Shown here piece by piece: positions 50,831 to 64,000 of a stretch of DNA of 64,000 nucleotides. The stretch spans positions 36,582,001-36,646,000 of the forward strand of contig CM052816.1 in the NCBI GenBank assembly GCA_028534125.1. Reading direction: 5' to 3'. Positions within the stretch are counted from its first letter, which is position 1. Each line of letters begins with the position of its first letter. Position numbers and translations under genes: made by a program. The stretch comes from Lama glama. Lineage: Eukaryota. Under the pieces are notes generated by a model. The model was not told where the DNA came from. It made no database searches and worked only from the letters and a program-made list of their open reading frames with translations.

Positions 50831-53800
50831 GTTGCAAATATTTTTTTAGCCAGAGAAGAAATGTTAGGGTGTTTATAGAGCTTCATTCATCTATATTTTT
50901 GAAATCCAAGGAATATTTTAATTTCAGAAAAGTAGAGTTCCATATGAAAGTTTTGCTAGAGAACCAAGAATTTAAAACTTTGCAAATAGTGAAATCCATG
51001 CCATTTTTTAAAAAGATTAGAAACACACGAGGAAAAAGTATATACATAATTCTCAATTTTAAATTTTAAGTGTGGCAATTTCTATACTTTTCCATGTATA
51101 TGGGGGAATATACTTTTCCTTTCTTATATCCTTTTGGGCCTCGGAATATAAAACAAGCTCGGGGAGTTTCTTGGTCTGTTGTACCAACAATGCATCAGTG
51201 CTCGTTCTTTCATATTTAACAAGTAAAGCTACTTAGGAGTATACTAGATCTATGGTCCCTATTGCTATTAGACATAGATAGTAAAATCGAAATAGCGAAT
51301 CCCTGTTACAAAACATTGAGCACAAATAAATATTACTGGATAATAATATCTTTAGGTATAATGCTTAATTGCCTACCTGGATGTTAATTCTGTGTGATTT
51401 TCTGATTCAATTTTTAGTCTTATCAAAAGTCTTTCTCTTGGAGCTTAGAAAAGCTGTACAATACACTCTTTATTCCAATGTAATACAGAAAAAATAATCC
51501 GAGAGGAAAATTTGTCAGCTTCTCTGACTTTCAACAGAGAAATCTGGAGGATTAGGCAAAGTATGTCTCATTCAGGCTGCATGACCCTTATTTAAATGAG
51601 CTGTACACTAAACATGGAATTATTTCTCTTATAAATGGATGATGAACTCCAGCCTCAAAAGTTTATATGATTTTTCTTATGCCTCTGTAGGAGCTAAGCC
51701 ATAATTTCTAAGTTCATATCATGCATACAACCGTAAGTCTCTCTGTTTATAGGCACACATGGCGGGCTTATTTGTTTCTTTTTAGATGTAGTGCCCCTTA
51801 GAGTATGAATGTTTATACACATGAATCAGAAAAAAAGAGTCTGACAGAATTCTAGAGGGCAATATTTAATTTTGCTTTAAAAATAAGCTCTCACCTATTT
51901 CTCATGTTCTGAAAATGAAGCTTGTAATTTCCCAAAGGTGTGCAGTGGGAAATAGATAATATTAGGAAATTCATCAGTGAAATTTCTTCCTAAAATGGCA
52001 ACATTTAGGAAAGTATAGAAGAGGTCTTAATAGTAAACTGAACATAAACAAATACACCATTAAAAATTCAATAAATTCATTTCTCTCGCAGGTTCCAGTG
52101 GTGACAGAAAGATGAAAACACACAGATAATGAGTAAATCAAAGGGACAGTGGCTGTAATTTTCCCCCTCACCTCTCAGCATCGTGGGCTCACTTTTATTT
52201 CTTAAGTAAAGAAAAGGGCATCAAAAGACAAGAATTAAAAATGAAAGCAAACAACAGTGACTTTTGAAAGAACTCTGATCAGATATGTTCTCCTCTGTGA
52301 GTGTCTTTATTTATTTAGTGGGAGACTTCTGTCTGGACACTAGGACATTTATTATTTACCATTATTTTTCATTGTACCTTATAACCAGTAGTGAGTAGCA
52401 TTAAAAAAATAAGAAAATGAATTAGATGAAATGATTAAAAATAGCAAGTATAGACATTTTACTTTAATAAAATCTAACTAAAAAGTTCAATTTCTGTGTT
52501 AATTTGGCTACCCTGCAGCCACTTGCTAATATTTTTTTCTTTGTCCTTAACTTTTTTATCAAGAGTAACTTACCTCATCTCTGTGTCTTTTTAACATCCC
52601 TCTTCATGGGTAATCTCGAGTTCTTTTTATCTTTAAAAATTTGAAGTTGCTCTCTAATGACAATATGTAATAATTAAGAATGTGCAAAACAGGGATTATG
52701 CACCTTTAAATGCCACTGCATATACACTTTACTGTTCTTGCAGTGAATTATGTCTTGCTACTTATAAGGAATGAAAGTTACATAGCAACATCAATAGTAA
52801 AAGAGACTCCTTAAGATATTATATTGTTTAATTCATTCATATCCTCCTGCAAATAAATCCGTCACATGGCTAAACTGAAGCCCAAATATTAGATGAGTCA
52901 TTCCATATATAAAGACTAGACAGATTCACTGAACTAGGAATTCAGAACAGAGAGGGAAAGCCAGACTGGAAGTTTGATGAACCAGACCGCAGCAGGTAAA
53001 GACATGGTGAAAGATGATTCAAATAAACACCTGCTTTGCAGATGACTGGGACTCCAGAGTCCTAGCAAAATCAGATCAAACACACTGTAAATTTATATGC
53101 TGCTATTTTTAAATAACTCTTGGAAGACTGGAATATAGCTAAGGTTCAGAAAGAAAACTCTAGACTTAGCTTACCAATTTGGGCATGTGGAAGGAACATA
53201 TTGGATGATTTTACAAGTTCTCCTAAGAGTGAACGGCTCTGATAACTACCATAACTTTATGAGGCATAGCACCTATATTTACCACATTCACTCAGTTTAG
53301 ATAAATTTCTTAAAATAAAAAGTAAGACTAGACATTCATCTTGATCTCAGTATATTTTTGGATTTTCTCCTTTACAGCATAATAATGACTTTAGAATATA
53401 GACTAGACCACACAGCTGTCCAGAGTGCACAAAGTAGCTTGATAATAATGTAAGAATTGCAATGTTAGTGAATTAACTGCATTTTCCTCCTGGAATTAAA
53501 AAAAATCCTCTAATCTAACTTATTGCCTCTGAATCCTTGAGAGTTAGTTAACAACATTGGAATGGTATTTAATTAGAAGTGAGTTTCTAAAAGGAATATA
53601 AATTCTGCTTACGTTGTATTCACGTATTTTTGAATGATGCCATAATTGGCTTAAATTTGGACTAGTCTCACAGCTGCTGCTGCTGATCTTGCTGCTTGTG
53701 CTGTTACACATTGTAGCTCATCAGGCAAAGGCCAAGGGTCCAAGGCTATTGTCTCCAGCACTCACCACGTTGGGCAGGTCATAAGTACGGCCCAGTGAGA

Positions 53801-54651
53801 GACTACCATGGTCTTTTCTCCTTCCTAATTGTCCACACTGGAACCCTCAGTTCACCCAAACATTACTATGAATTTGTTCACAAACTTGCTGACTCTAGTT
53901 TCCTAACGTAAGTTTGCAAAGCGCTATAAAAGAATATTGGAGATGTCTGATGCATTCAGTGGTAGAACCATTAAAAACATAAAAAAAGCTCTTAAAGTTC
54001 AACCTGATGTAAATGAAATCAATACATCTACATAAGTAAAGGAGTAGACATGAGATATAACTTTCTGCTTTTGTTAGGAAATGTAAAATTTTGGATAAAA
54101 TTTTTCATAAATTTTGGTAACTTTAAACAATAAATAGATGATTTTGGAAATAAAGGTTTTTCTGTTGCAACTAATGAAAGTACATATTCAATAGTTGAAA
54201 GACTTTCCCAAAGCTATTTTTTCCCACTGGAAATTCTGATGTAGCAAAACAGTATCTGGATTCCATCAACAATAGTAATTTGATAAAAAGGTGATCTCAG
54301 TGAAGATTAAGCCTCTACCTAAATGCAAAATGGAGTAAGACCATTCAACTTGAGCATTTCTGATATGCTCAGTTTCATTTCTATGGCTGGCAAAAATGGG
54401 TCTGGGGCTCATTTTGCCATTTTTGACAGCATAATTTTGTGTGATAACATTTCAAATCACTTGGGTATAAAAATACAAGGCCAAAAACCACTTAATTGTG
54501 AGTGAAGACATATTTGCTGCTATTTTATAAAAATGTTTTATCTCCCTATAACTAGAACAAGAACATTAAAATAATAGAGTTTTTATGTAATTTGGACATT
54601 TTTAATGATTCATAATAAAACATACTCATGTTAAAAATTAGAAGAGTACAA

Positions 54652-54808
54652 AATGAGGGGGGAAAGGGCAACATAGAAGTGGAGGAGTGGGAGGTACAAA
54701 CTATTGGTTGTAAGATAGGCTCAAAGATATTGTACATGAGGAATACAGCCAATATTTTGTAATAACTGTAAATGAAAAGTAACCTTTAAAATTGTATAAA
54801 AATTCAAC
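54652..54808 (+). mobile_element. Short L1 3' end
   Basis: gtgggaggtacaaactattggttgtaagataggctc...aagtaacctttaaaattgtataaaaa; TSD-like aaaattagaagagtacaa / aaaattaacgagtacaa on either side. Confidence 0.9.
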
Positions 54809-55726
54809 AAAATTAACGAGTACAAGAGGAAATACAGTGAAATATGAATCTCATGGGATTTCCAGTTGCCACAGAAATACACACTTTTTTCTCTGTATAT
54901 GTGTGTGTATCTTTTCACATAATTATATTGATAGAGAATTAACTAAAGAGAAAATAAGCACAAATGGTACACATGAAAACATACCTCTTTCACAATTAAT
55001 CAAATACAATAAATAACACTTTACCAATTTTATCAAATTAGAGAAGGCATATTAAATTTGATAATACTAGGATTTTGCAAGAGTAGGGAAGCAAAAAAAC
55101 ATAAGCTATTGGAAAAGTTTTTACTTTGGCACTACCAATTAAGGTTTTAGGCAGGCAATTTGACCAATTTTGTTTTATTTTTATTTTATTATTGGCTAAC
55201 TAGCAACCATTATCTAAAATAAATGAACCATCTTTTTGTAGGTTTCTAGGTGACAATTTTTTCCAATTTATGATCTGTCTTTTGACTGTGTCTTCAGCAT
55301 TGATTTTGTAGTAAGTTTCAATTTTTATCACTTTATGCCATCAAATCAGTTTTACTTTAAGTCTTAGTTTTTGTCTTGCTTTAAAGGGGTTTCTCTATCA
55401 TAAAAAAAGAAAGACTTACTCTTGATTTCTTTTTGTTGCTTCATGTGTGTTTTTGTGTACTTGTTTGCTTCAATCTTTTATTATCAGATATTAATCATGA
55501 AGCAGAGAGAACTATATGATACTCCAACAAATGATTTACAAATATTAATGTCCTGCTGTATTGGTTTTATCTACCTTTTCTTTGATGAAATATTTTAAGT
55601 AAGTTAAAATATCATGATATTTTACCTATTTTATGTAAACACTCCAGCATGCAAGCAGTAAACACTCCTAGAAAACATAAGCAGTTACTGATTTATAAGA
55701 ATTTCAACCTCTCAGATACAGATTAT

Positions 55727-56428
55727 TTTTTAAAATTTCTTTTATACTTTTATACAATTTCTAAAGGTTACTTTTCATTTACATTTACCACAAAATATTG
55801 GCTATATACTTCCTGTTGTACAATGCATCTTTGAGCTCATCTTACACCTGATAGTTTGTACCTTCCATTCTCTCACCCATTTTGCTCCTTCCCCCTGCCC
55901 ACTTTGTTCTCTACATTTGTGAGTCTGCTTTCTTGTTATATTCACTAATTTGCTGTATTTTTTAGATTCCACATGTAAGTGATATTATACAGTATTTGTC
56001 TTTCTCTGTCTGACTTATTTCACTTAGCATAATGCCCTGCAAATCTATCTATCTTGCTGTAAATGGCAATTTTCATTGTTTTCTATGGCTGAGTAGAATT
56101 CCATTGTATGTATATGCCACAGCTTCTTTGTCCATTCATCTGTTGATGGGACACTTATGTTGTTTACAGATCTTGGCAATGGTAAATTATTCTGCTATGA
56201 ACACTGGGGTGCATGAATTTATTTTTTAAAATTAGTGGGTTTGTTTTTTTGTTTTTTTGTTTTTGGATAGATGCCCTGGAGTGGAATTGCTGGGTCATGT
56301 GGTAGTTCTATTTTTAGTTTTTTGAGAATGCTCCATACTCTTTTTCCATAGTAGCTGCACCAATTTACATTTCTACCAGCAGTGTACAAGGGTTCCCTTT
56401 TACCCACATCCTCACCAATGTTTGTTAT
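55727..56428 (-). mobile_element. 5'-truncated LINE-1 3' end; same 3'UTR type as 54652-54808
   Basis: ORF 56219-56407(-) [37 protein letters not shown] is L1 ORF2p C-terminal sequence; possible TSD agattattttttaa / agattatgtcttaa. Confidence 0.95.
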
Positions 56429-59067
56429 GTATAGAAGATTATGTCTTAAGTAAAATATTAAAACTGGTTCTGGAAAGGCTTTTCAAGAAAAATTGAGATT
56501 AAAAAAAAATCTTTTAACAAACTATTTTAATGATGAGGTCTTTGAAACACAAAATCATCAGTCTACCACATACTTTTGTTTTCTGACCTAGTTTAATAAT
56601 GAAGGTTGTACTATGTATGTATTTTGAGAGAGAAAATACTTTCAAGATGTTAATCTTTTTGAGAGATTAATCATTTTGCTATATTCAGATTTAACCTGGT
56701 TAATCAAGACCATTGAATGATAGAAGAAAAACTTTTGCAGACCTCCTGGCCACTTGTCTCTTTTCCACTAAGTATACATTAATGGCAGAGAGTTTGAAGA
56801 GTTATTGATGTATATTGTCAGAAGGATTGTCGTAAGAAACCAGATTCATAATGATCAATGGAAGTGATTGATGGAGGCTCCTAAATTATTGCATTCAAAC
56901 ATAGAAGCATATTATAGTATGAGATTAAAAGGAAAAATGTTTCCAAGTCACAAAGCAGTATTGATAAATAATTTTTTTAGATTTCTGAAAAAACCATTAC
57001 AGCTGCTAATGATTTTAACGTGGTTTTAAAAGAGCTAAGATATAATTCAGATACATCAACTTTTAAATTACTGACAAGTGTCCTTTTCTTTTTTCCTCTT
57101 GACTTCAGATTCATATACATGCTCATTTTACAGAACTAACTTTAGGCATAATCTCCATTTATTTTAAATCATATTTATGATACTAAAAATGGTAGCATAA
57201 TGTACATTTAAAAATAAAGCAAACTGGACTCATGGCTTTTATCTAAATGCTGTCTCTTCTCTTTGTTTCTTTATGTCAATAATCTTTTCATCCAAGTTTT
57301 ATTCAGAATTCAGAGGTCTGAGGTGGGAGGAGGATATTTTAAAATTATTTTGCCATGGAACTTCTAAGGTTGTCATTTTTCTATTATAAAAAAAGTCTTC
57401 AATGTATAACTGTCTTTTAATCTTAGATCATTTTCATTATAGTCACACTTTCGTATTCACAAATGAATTTATACCAAATAAAGAGGTGATAAGATAAAAT
57501 TATAAAGTGGGGCAAAAATATACATAAAACAAACAGTAAATTCTTCACACATCACAGCTTAAAAAAGAGACAAATCATTTTAGTTCTAAAGCTAAATGGT
57601 GATGTCTCTTCATGACAAGGATTTTATACCCAATTCAAAAGAAATGGGAAGAAATTTCACTGACTGATAACAGTAAACATCATAAAAAGAGATATTTTGA
57701 TGTCACTTTACTCTTCATTCATTGAAAAGGATAGATAATGGTTTGTGATGTCAGAGAAAAAGGAAAGAGAAATGAAAAAAATAATAACTGAAAAATATCT
57801 TATTCTTAAAGGATGCCAGTAATGCCACTTGTATGTGGCCTAAATATTTTGTTTTGGGTTTTTTAAATTTCATACTCTGTTTAAATTGTGGTTATTTCAA
57901 ACACAAAAATATTAAAATAGTATTAAAATACTGCCAATGTGACTTCAGCAAACTCTATCTTGTAAGCATTTGAGTCTAACTTGGATTTGATAAAACGTTT
58001 CCTACATTCTATCAATCTTATACCAGAGATAATTTACTTTAGATAGTTTCAGTAAGTTTTGACATAAAATTATATTCACATTAGAATGTAATATCCAGTT
58101 ATAATATTTTAAATATTAATACAAACTCTCTAAATATATGTATACATATTTTATAATAGGAGAGAAAGAAAGAGATTCTTCTGGATTTAAAGCAGGAGAC
58201 AATTGAATTCTAGGTGATTATTTTTAAAAAAAATTTTACTACATAATTGTACTTCTCAAAATATATTGTATACAGTGCCAGTTATGTGACATCAGAAGCT
58301 ACTATATGACTGTATCAGGGAATATTATGGTAAATGTTTGGGGCACAATTTAAACTGGTATCTTTATTGCAGGACCTCTTTGAACCCTAAATATTATAAT
58401 ACAAATACTGCAAACATATTGATCAAAAAATAGCCTTGCTTCAAGGAGAATCTTGGGGAAATAATATTTTAAAGCACAAATTTTGGCAGATACTAAGGTG
58501 TTTTGTTGAGAATATTTTGGAAATATTAGATAATATTTTAAATAAAAATAATTGTATCCCAGTATATTTTAAATGTACAATTGTGACTTAATATGAATAG
58601 AGGCCTAGGAAGATTGCCTAGCATACACTGAGTACTCAAAGGAGGCAGATTTCTTTTTTTAATTTTCCTTTTATTATTACGTATGGAAGTTTTCAGTAAG
58701 ATTAAACTTAAAATCCTAGCACACTATGAAAATAAACAATATGACATAATTACTTCTGAGAATCTCAGATAAGCACTGCCCCATTCTAGTGTTATCAGAG
58801 ATCTTTCTCACGAGACAGAAGTGAACTTTTTCATAGTCACTGATTTTCTAGTGTCAATATATGCTGAAATTATCTTACTGACCCATTGCAAGAAATCATG
58901 TATTTAATTTCTTAATGCAGGTTTTTGGTAGTGATTTTTAATTGTTTCCACTCAATGGCACATTTGAAAAATAATGAGCTGGTAATAAATACACCATTCA
59001 GGAAAATGAGTGAGAGATGGGAAGTAAAAATCAAACTTATTCCTTTGGTTTAATGCCCATCTGGCAG

Positions 59068-59262
59068 GTCGGTGCTTCTCAGCTTGAATGCACATAATGA
59101 TCCCCTAGGGTCTTTTTAAAAATCACAGTTTCCTTAGCCACATCTTTCTGAGAAATTCTAATTCAGGAGGTCTGTGACTGATCCATGAAACTGATTCTTC
59201 TCAAATGCCCCAGGTCACTTAAAAACTTTTGATTGATGATCATACTCTGCCAGATATTAGGT
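59068..59262. mobile_element. MER5A-like hAT-Charlie MITE
   Basis: cggtgcttctcagcttgaatgcacataatgatcccctaggg...ttaaaaat...attctaattcaggaggtctg...ccccaggt. Confidence 0.7.
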
Positions 59263-59644
59263 TAGGTAGATAACATAGAAATTGCCTGATCACTTTCTTC
59301 TTCCACTGAGATGGCTATATTCTCTTAGTTTATTTATTTTTTAGTGTTATTGGTATTATTACCTTGTCACAAGGCAGATTCATCAGAGTAAAGGACAGCA
59401 GTCAGACTTTGTCTAGAAGTAAAGAACAGCCTAATTCTATTTTAATCATATTGGAGATTAAAAAGAAAGAAATAAAATTTACCATAAACATGCCCTATTA
59501 TTTACTGATGGCCAACATGCTGAGATATTAAGGCAAAAGAAATGGATATTAATTTTCCTCCTCAGCCACACTTCTCAAGAAAACTGGACTTTGAAGGGTT
59601 GATTGTATTCTCAAAAACTCAAATTATAATCTATTTTCTTATTT

Positions 59645-59745
59645 ACTCACATACATTCATTCAATAACTATTAGAAATTAGGCATTGTGCTTCATGCTGG
59701 GTACAAAGTTTAGATAAAACATCTCTACCTTCAAGGTACTTTAGT
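59645..59745 (-). mobile_element. L2 3' tail
   Basis: cattcattcaataactatt...aggcattgtgcttcatgctggg...tctctaccttcaagg. Confidence 0.6.
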
Positions 59746-60504
59746 TACTTGACTCAAGATTTCAAGTCTGCCCTATCATTCAGGCATTCTGAGATCTGGT
59801 AAGCTAACAGGATGGTGACTAATGACATTTTTATATGACTAATAGACACAATAGTTGAATCTGTATTTGGCTGTACATATTTTTTTATTTTTCAGCTCTA
59901 ATAAACTAGTTTTAGGCTTTCACTCTTACAGAAATATTAATGTTTTAAAATTGTTCTTTACCTTACAGCCCTTCCATATTATTGACCATCTTAGTTCTCC
60001 TCACTTGTGTTGGAGGAAACATCCTTAAAGGCACTAAAGTGTCCCTTTTTCCAAATAAGTAATAAAGGCAGATCTTGATTTCACCAGATAATGATGTTTT
60101 GTTACCCACCTTTCACTAAAGCAATATAGGACTGATCTTTGTGTTTTGAAATTAGAAATTGGTGTTTAAAAGAGAGACATTAACTTCCAAGTAACAGGAA
60201 ATTCCACCAATAATAGACTGCTGCAACCATTATAATCTCACATTTGTCCACTGTACAAATTAAATTCACATATCTGACACTTTACATATTCATTGTTATT
60301 TATAGAACAACAGATATTAAGGGACAGAACAGCACAATGTAGTAGAAGCTATTTTAATATTGCTAGCTTACATTTTGAACAGTGGTTCAAAAATGAGCTT
60401 GAGCTATTTGTGGAGATTTTCTCTCACCTTCATAGATATACTTTGTTTCAAACTTCTATGAAATTATTAATTACAGCTTTGAATTATAATTAAAGCTTTT
60501 AAAA

Positions 60505-60550
60505 CTATATATATATATATACATATGTATATGTATGTATGTGTGTGTAT
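60505..60550. repeat. (TA)n/(TG)n mixed microsatellite
   Basis: Directly visible. Confidence 0.9.
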
Positions 60551-61171
60551 TTATAAACTCTTTGAATTTATCCATATAAGATTGTTTCCTTCATCTATTA
60601 ACCACCCAACATAGTCTCCTTATTTACTCTTGGTAAGGAAATGTACAAGAAACGTGGTGGCAATAAGAGTATCACTTATTTGATTAGAGTCATTCAATTC
60701 TTTTTTCAGGAATGTATTTCAAATGCCTAAACCAATCAAACAAGATTTCTAATCTGTGTGTTTCAAAAAGCTTTATGAGTTTTCTAATTTACTGTCCAAT
60801 AAAATATAGAGTTTCTATAGCAACTGTTCAAGAACACAGCTCTTGTGATGACAGCATTTGGAAAAAGAGAAATGCTCTATAGGCACTCAAATACCTTTTA
60901 AAAATTAGATAACAACCTGTCTTTTAGTGAGTAGCATATGTTATACATACAAATAAAACTTTATATTGTCTTCCCTGGAGAATGATTATATCTATATTTA
61001 TATCTATACCTATATCTATATACAAGTCAATTTCAAAGAAGTTAGCTAGATACAGAATTTGTAACTTACAGTAAATTGTATTTATTACTAAATAAGTGAC
61101 TGCTATTCCTCATTAAATGTACCCCCACTGTTATTTATTTTTATTTAGAAGGCAAGATTATTCATTTGTTT

Positions 61172-62298
61172 GGTTTTTTAAGAATATATTTAGAGATATT
61201 TTAGATTTACAAAATTGAGAGGAAGATACAGAGTTCCCATATATCCCCTGACCAAACACATGAATAGCCTTACCCATTATTAACAGCATTCACCAGAATG
61301 GCAGTATTTATTTTTTATCAGGTTGGCATATCATGATCACCTAAAGTGCATAATTCACATTACAATTCACTCTTTGCACTATACATTCTGAGTTCTGACA
61401 TATGTATGATAACATATATCCATCATTATAACATCACATTGAGTATTTTCAATGCCCTAAAAATCCTCTGTGTTTGGTCTACTCATCCCTCTGCCCACCA
61501 CTACCAAGTCCAGGCAATCACTGATCTTTTCTGCCTCCAAGATTTTGCCTTTTCCAGAATGCCATACAGTTGGAATTATACAGTATGTAACCTCACCCAT
61601 TGGCTTCTTTCACTTAGTAACATGCATTTAAGTCTCTCGTGTCTTCTCGTGGCTTAATAGCTCATTTATGTTTCATGCTGAATAATATTTCCATTGCCTG
61701 GATGTACCACAGTTTATTTATCCATTCACCTAGGGAAGAACATCCTGGTTGCTTCCAAGCTTTGGAGATTATGAATAAAGATGCTATGAACATCTATGTT
61801 CAGGTTTTTTGTGGACATCTTTTTATCTTTGGATAAAAAGCTAAGGAGTGTGACTGCTTGATCCTATGGTAAGATTGTATTTAGTTTTATAAGATACTAT
61901 CAAATCATTTCCGGAACATCTGTATCATTCTGCATTCCCACCAGTAGTAAACAAGAGAGTTCCTGTTGCTCCACATTCTTACCAGCATTTGGTGTTGTCA
62001 GTGTTCTGGATTTTGGCCTTTCTAATAAGTATTTAGTGGTATTTCATTGCTTTAATTTGCATTTTCCTGGTAATATATGACATGGAAGATTTTTTCATAT
62101 GCTTATTTTCCATTTGTATATTTTCTTTGGTTATTAAAGTCTTTGTCCTATTTATCAATCAGGTTATTTTCTTACTGTTGAGTTTTAAGACTTCTTTGTA
62201 TACTGCAGATAACAGTCCTTTATCAGATATGTATTTTGAAAATATTTTCTCCACGTTGTTGGCTGATCTTCTCATTCTCTTAACATTGTCTTTTGCTT
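61172..62298 (-). mobile_element. L1MC1-like 3' end
   Basis: tacagagttcccatata, gccctaaaaatcctctgtg, ttttgccttttccagaatg, ttctgcattcccaccag, cctttatcagatatg. Confidence 0.9.
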
Positions 62299-63224
62299 GT
62301 TTGTCTTTTGATGCCTTTTATCAGTTTCACTATGCAATCATCACACATCACCACATCCTAGTTGAGGAATGAAGATCTCTTTTTTTGATGAACTAAATAA
62401 ATAAGGTTAATATTTTGTTTCCAAATATTTCTCACAGACATTTAAGTCTGTCAACCATTATAACAATTTTGTCTGTGGCCTCCTTCTCTTGGACTCAGAT
62501 AGGTATACATGAAGGCAGATGAGTTATTTACTCAAGTGCTTTCCTCATGTTGCACATGCTATTTTGTTTGCCAAACTCCTCTCTTTTCCTAGTTTATCTT
62601 CATTATCTTTCACTCTCCCTGATCAACTCAATTATTATAAGTATATTATAGTGAACATCTTTGTTAAAAACTAAATTTCAACCATTCTAAATATTCCATG
62701 CCCAGCTGAAGAGTAATGTCATTGTATACTGAATATTAGCTTTGAAAATTGAAATATACTTAAGCTTACTGAAAAAAATTTGAGGCGTCTCAAAGTTTCA
62801 ACTTATACTAAAATATAATGTAAGGGTGACTTAATTAAAATTCTCATCTTAATTTTAAAATTTTAAATATTTGGCATTATCAAAAACCAAAACAAAGACA
62901 TCAACAATAATTGTGTCCTAAGGATCACACGCATTTACTGACTTTTCCCAGTTTTTATAGGTCACACTCAAAACCCTAAGGAACTAGATGTTTCTAAACA
63001 CTCACTAATGAAGTAAAGGAGGAAAAGAGAAATCTACCGGTTTGTCAGTATTTCAGGATTATGAGACACAAAGATCCAAATGACTATGCACTATGTCAGA
63101 TTTTAATTACAAAATACCCCTCAAATACTTTAACTTGAATTTGCAGTAACTATTTCATACAAAATTAAAACATGTGAGCAAAATATAGATCTTATAGTAT
63201 AGGACAATAGAGTAGCTTTTTAAA

Positions 63225-63450
63225 CAAAGGCATTGGGCCACCCATGACTCCAGGTCAGACTGTTAGAATTGTTACAACTCCAGCTATCATTTCAATACAT
63301 ACAATGTCTTAATGACTACCTGTACTATTAACTTTTCAGCTATATTTGCACATGCAGATTAAGTATTTTTCCATGGTACTGCATTAAAAGTAAACAATGT
63401 TAGTATATAATTATAAGTATTATTAGGAATGGTTTTGTGAGCCAACAAAA
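63225..63450 (+). mobile_element. Degenerate MIR
   Basis: catgactccaggtcagactg...ccagcta; weak core similarity. Confidence 0.4.
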
Positions 63451-64000
63451 AATATTATTCAGAATTTCAATGAGTTTTCCTGATGGGTGTTTAAGAAATA
63501 TCTTCTTTTGGAACTAGTTTCTCTTTTTTTACTGCAGAGTTGCTATCAAAGTCTTGCTGAGTAGTACTACTAGATTTTTGCACCTAGACATCTCTCTTTT
63601 CCATCAAACTGTCTATTTCTAGGGACATGGAAATGTTCAGTGTGTCAATAGCAAAGAAACATTTCTAAAAATTTGATCCTGCGTTACTCTGAGAAAAATT
63701 CTTGCTTTCTGATTTTATCACACAAAACATTTTCATTCTTTTTATAAACTAATAAAATGAAGTGAAATTCAATCACTTAAACCAACTTTGCATTAACACA
63801 AATCATGGTCTTTGACCATGTATAACTCACAGTGGGAGGAAGGTCAAATCTCTTGTTAGGCAATAGTCTTGAACTCCAATAAGCACCTCATAAATTCTCA
63901 TCCAGCACTGTGTGGATTGTACTCAGAACACTGAAAATATTTACACTTAGGCTGGTAAATTCCCTCTTAAGTTATTTCCATTCATTCAATAGGTAATATT

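Noticed and set aside
58330..58500. Possible hAT-Charlie fragment
   Set aside because: Resemblance too weak to assign termini or family by eye

Overview
AT-rich, CpG-depleted eutherian genomic DNA that looks like a gene desert or the inside of a very large intron. I found no recognisable protein-coding exon, RNA gene, CpG island or prokaryotic feature. The six-frame ORFs are chance ORFs or decayed LINE-1 ORF2 fragments. About 40% of the window (estimated by eye) is transposon relics: several LINE-1 copies, including a dead near-full-length ~5.9 kb element at 43983-49899, plus L2, MIR, hAT-Charlie MITEs (MER33, MER5-like) and an ERVL-type solo LTR. I saw no Alu, B1/B2, Bov-A/BovB, CHR, PRE, Can-SINE or ERE SINEs. 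Together with the form of the youngest L1 3' end, this points to a cetartiodactyl, most likely a camelid (inference). The observations most worth following up are a four-level nested TE stack with readable TSDs, a well-delimited minus-strand candidate exon at 16506-16585 next to a palindrome/CRE cluster, further minus-strand exon-like segments that might form an unannotated transcript, a candidate MEIS/PBX-HOX/TCF enhancer near 52.1 kb, and microsatellites arising repeatedly at homologous L1 positions. I cannot support a claim of a novel biological system here. Subfamily names come from recalled consensus similarity, not from a RepeatMasker run, and the boundaries of old repeats are approximate.
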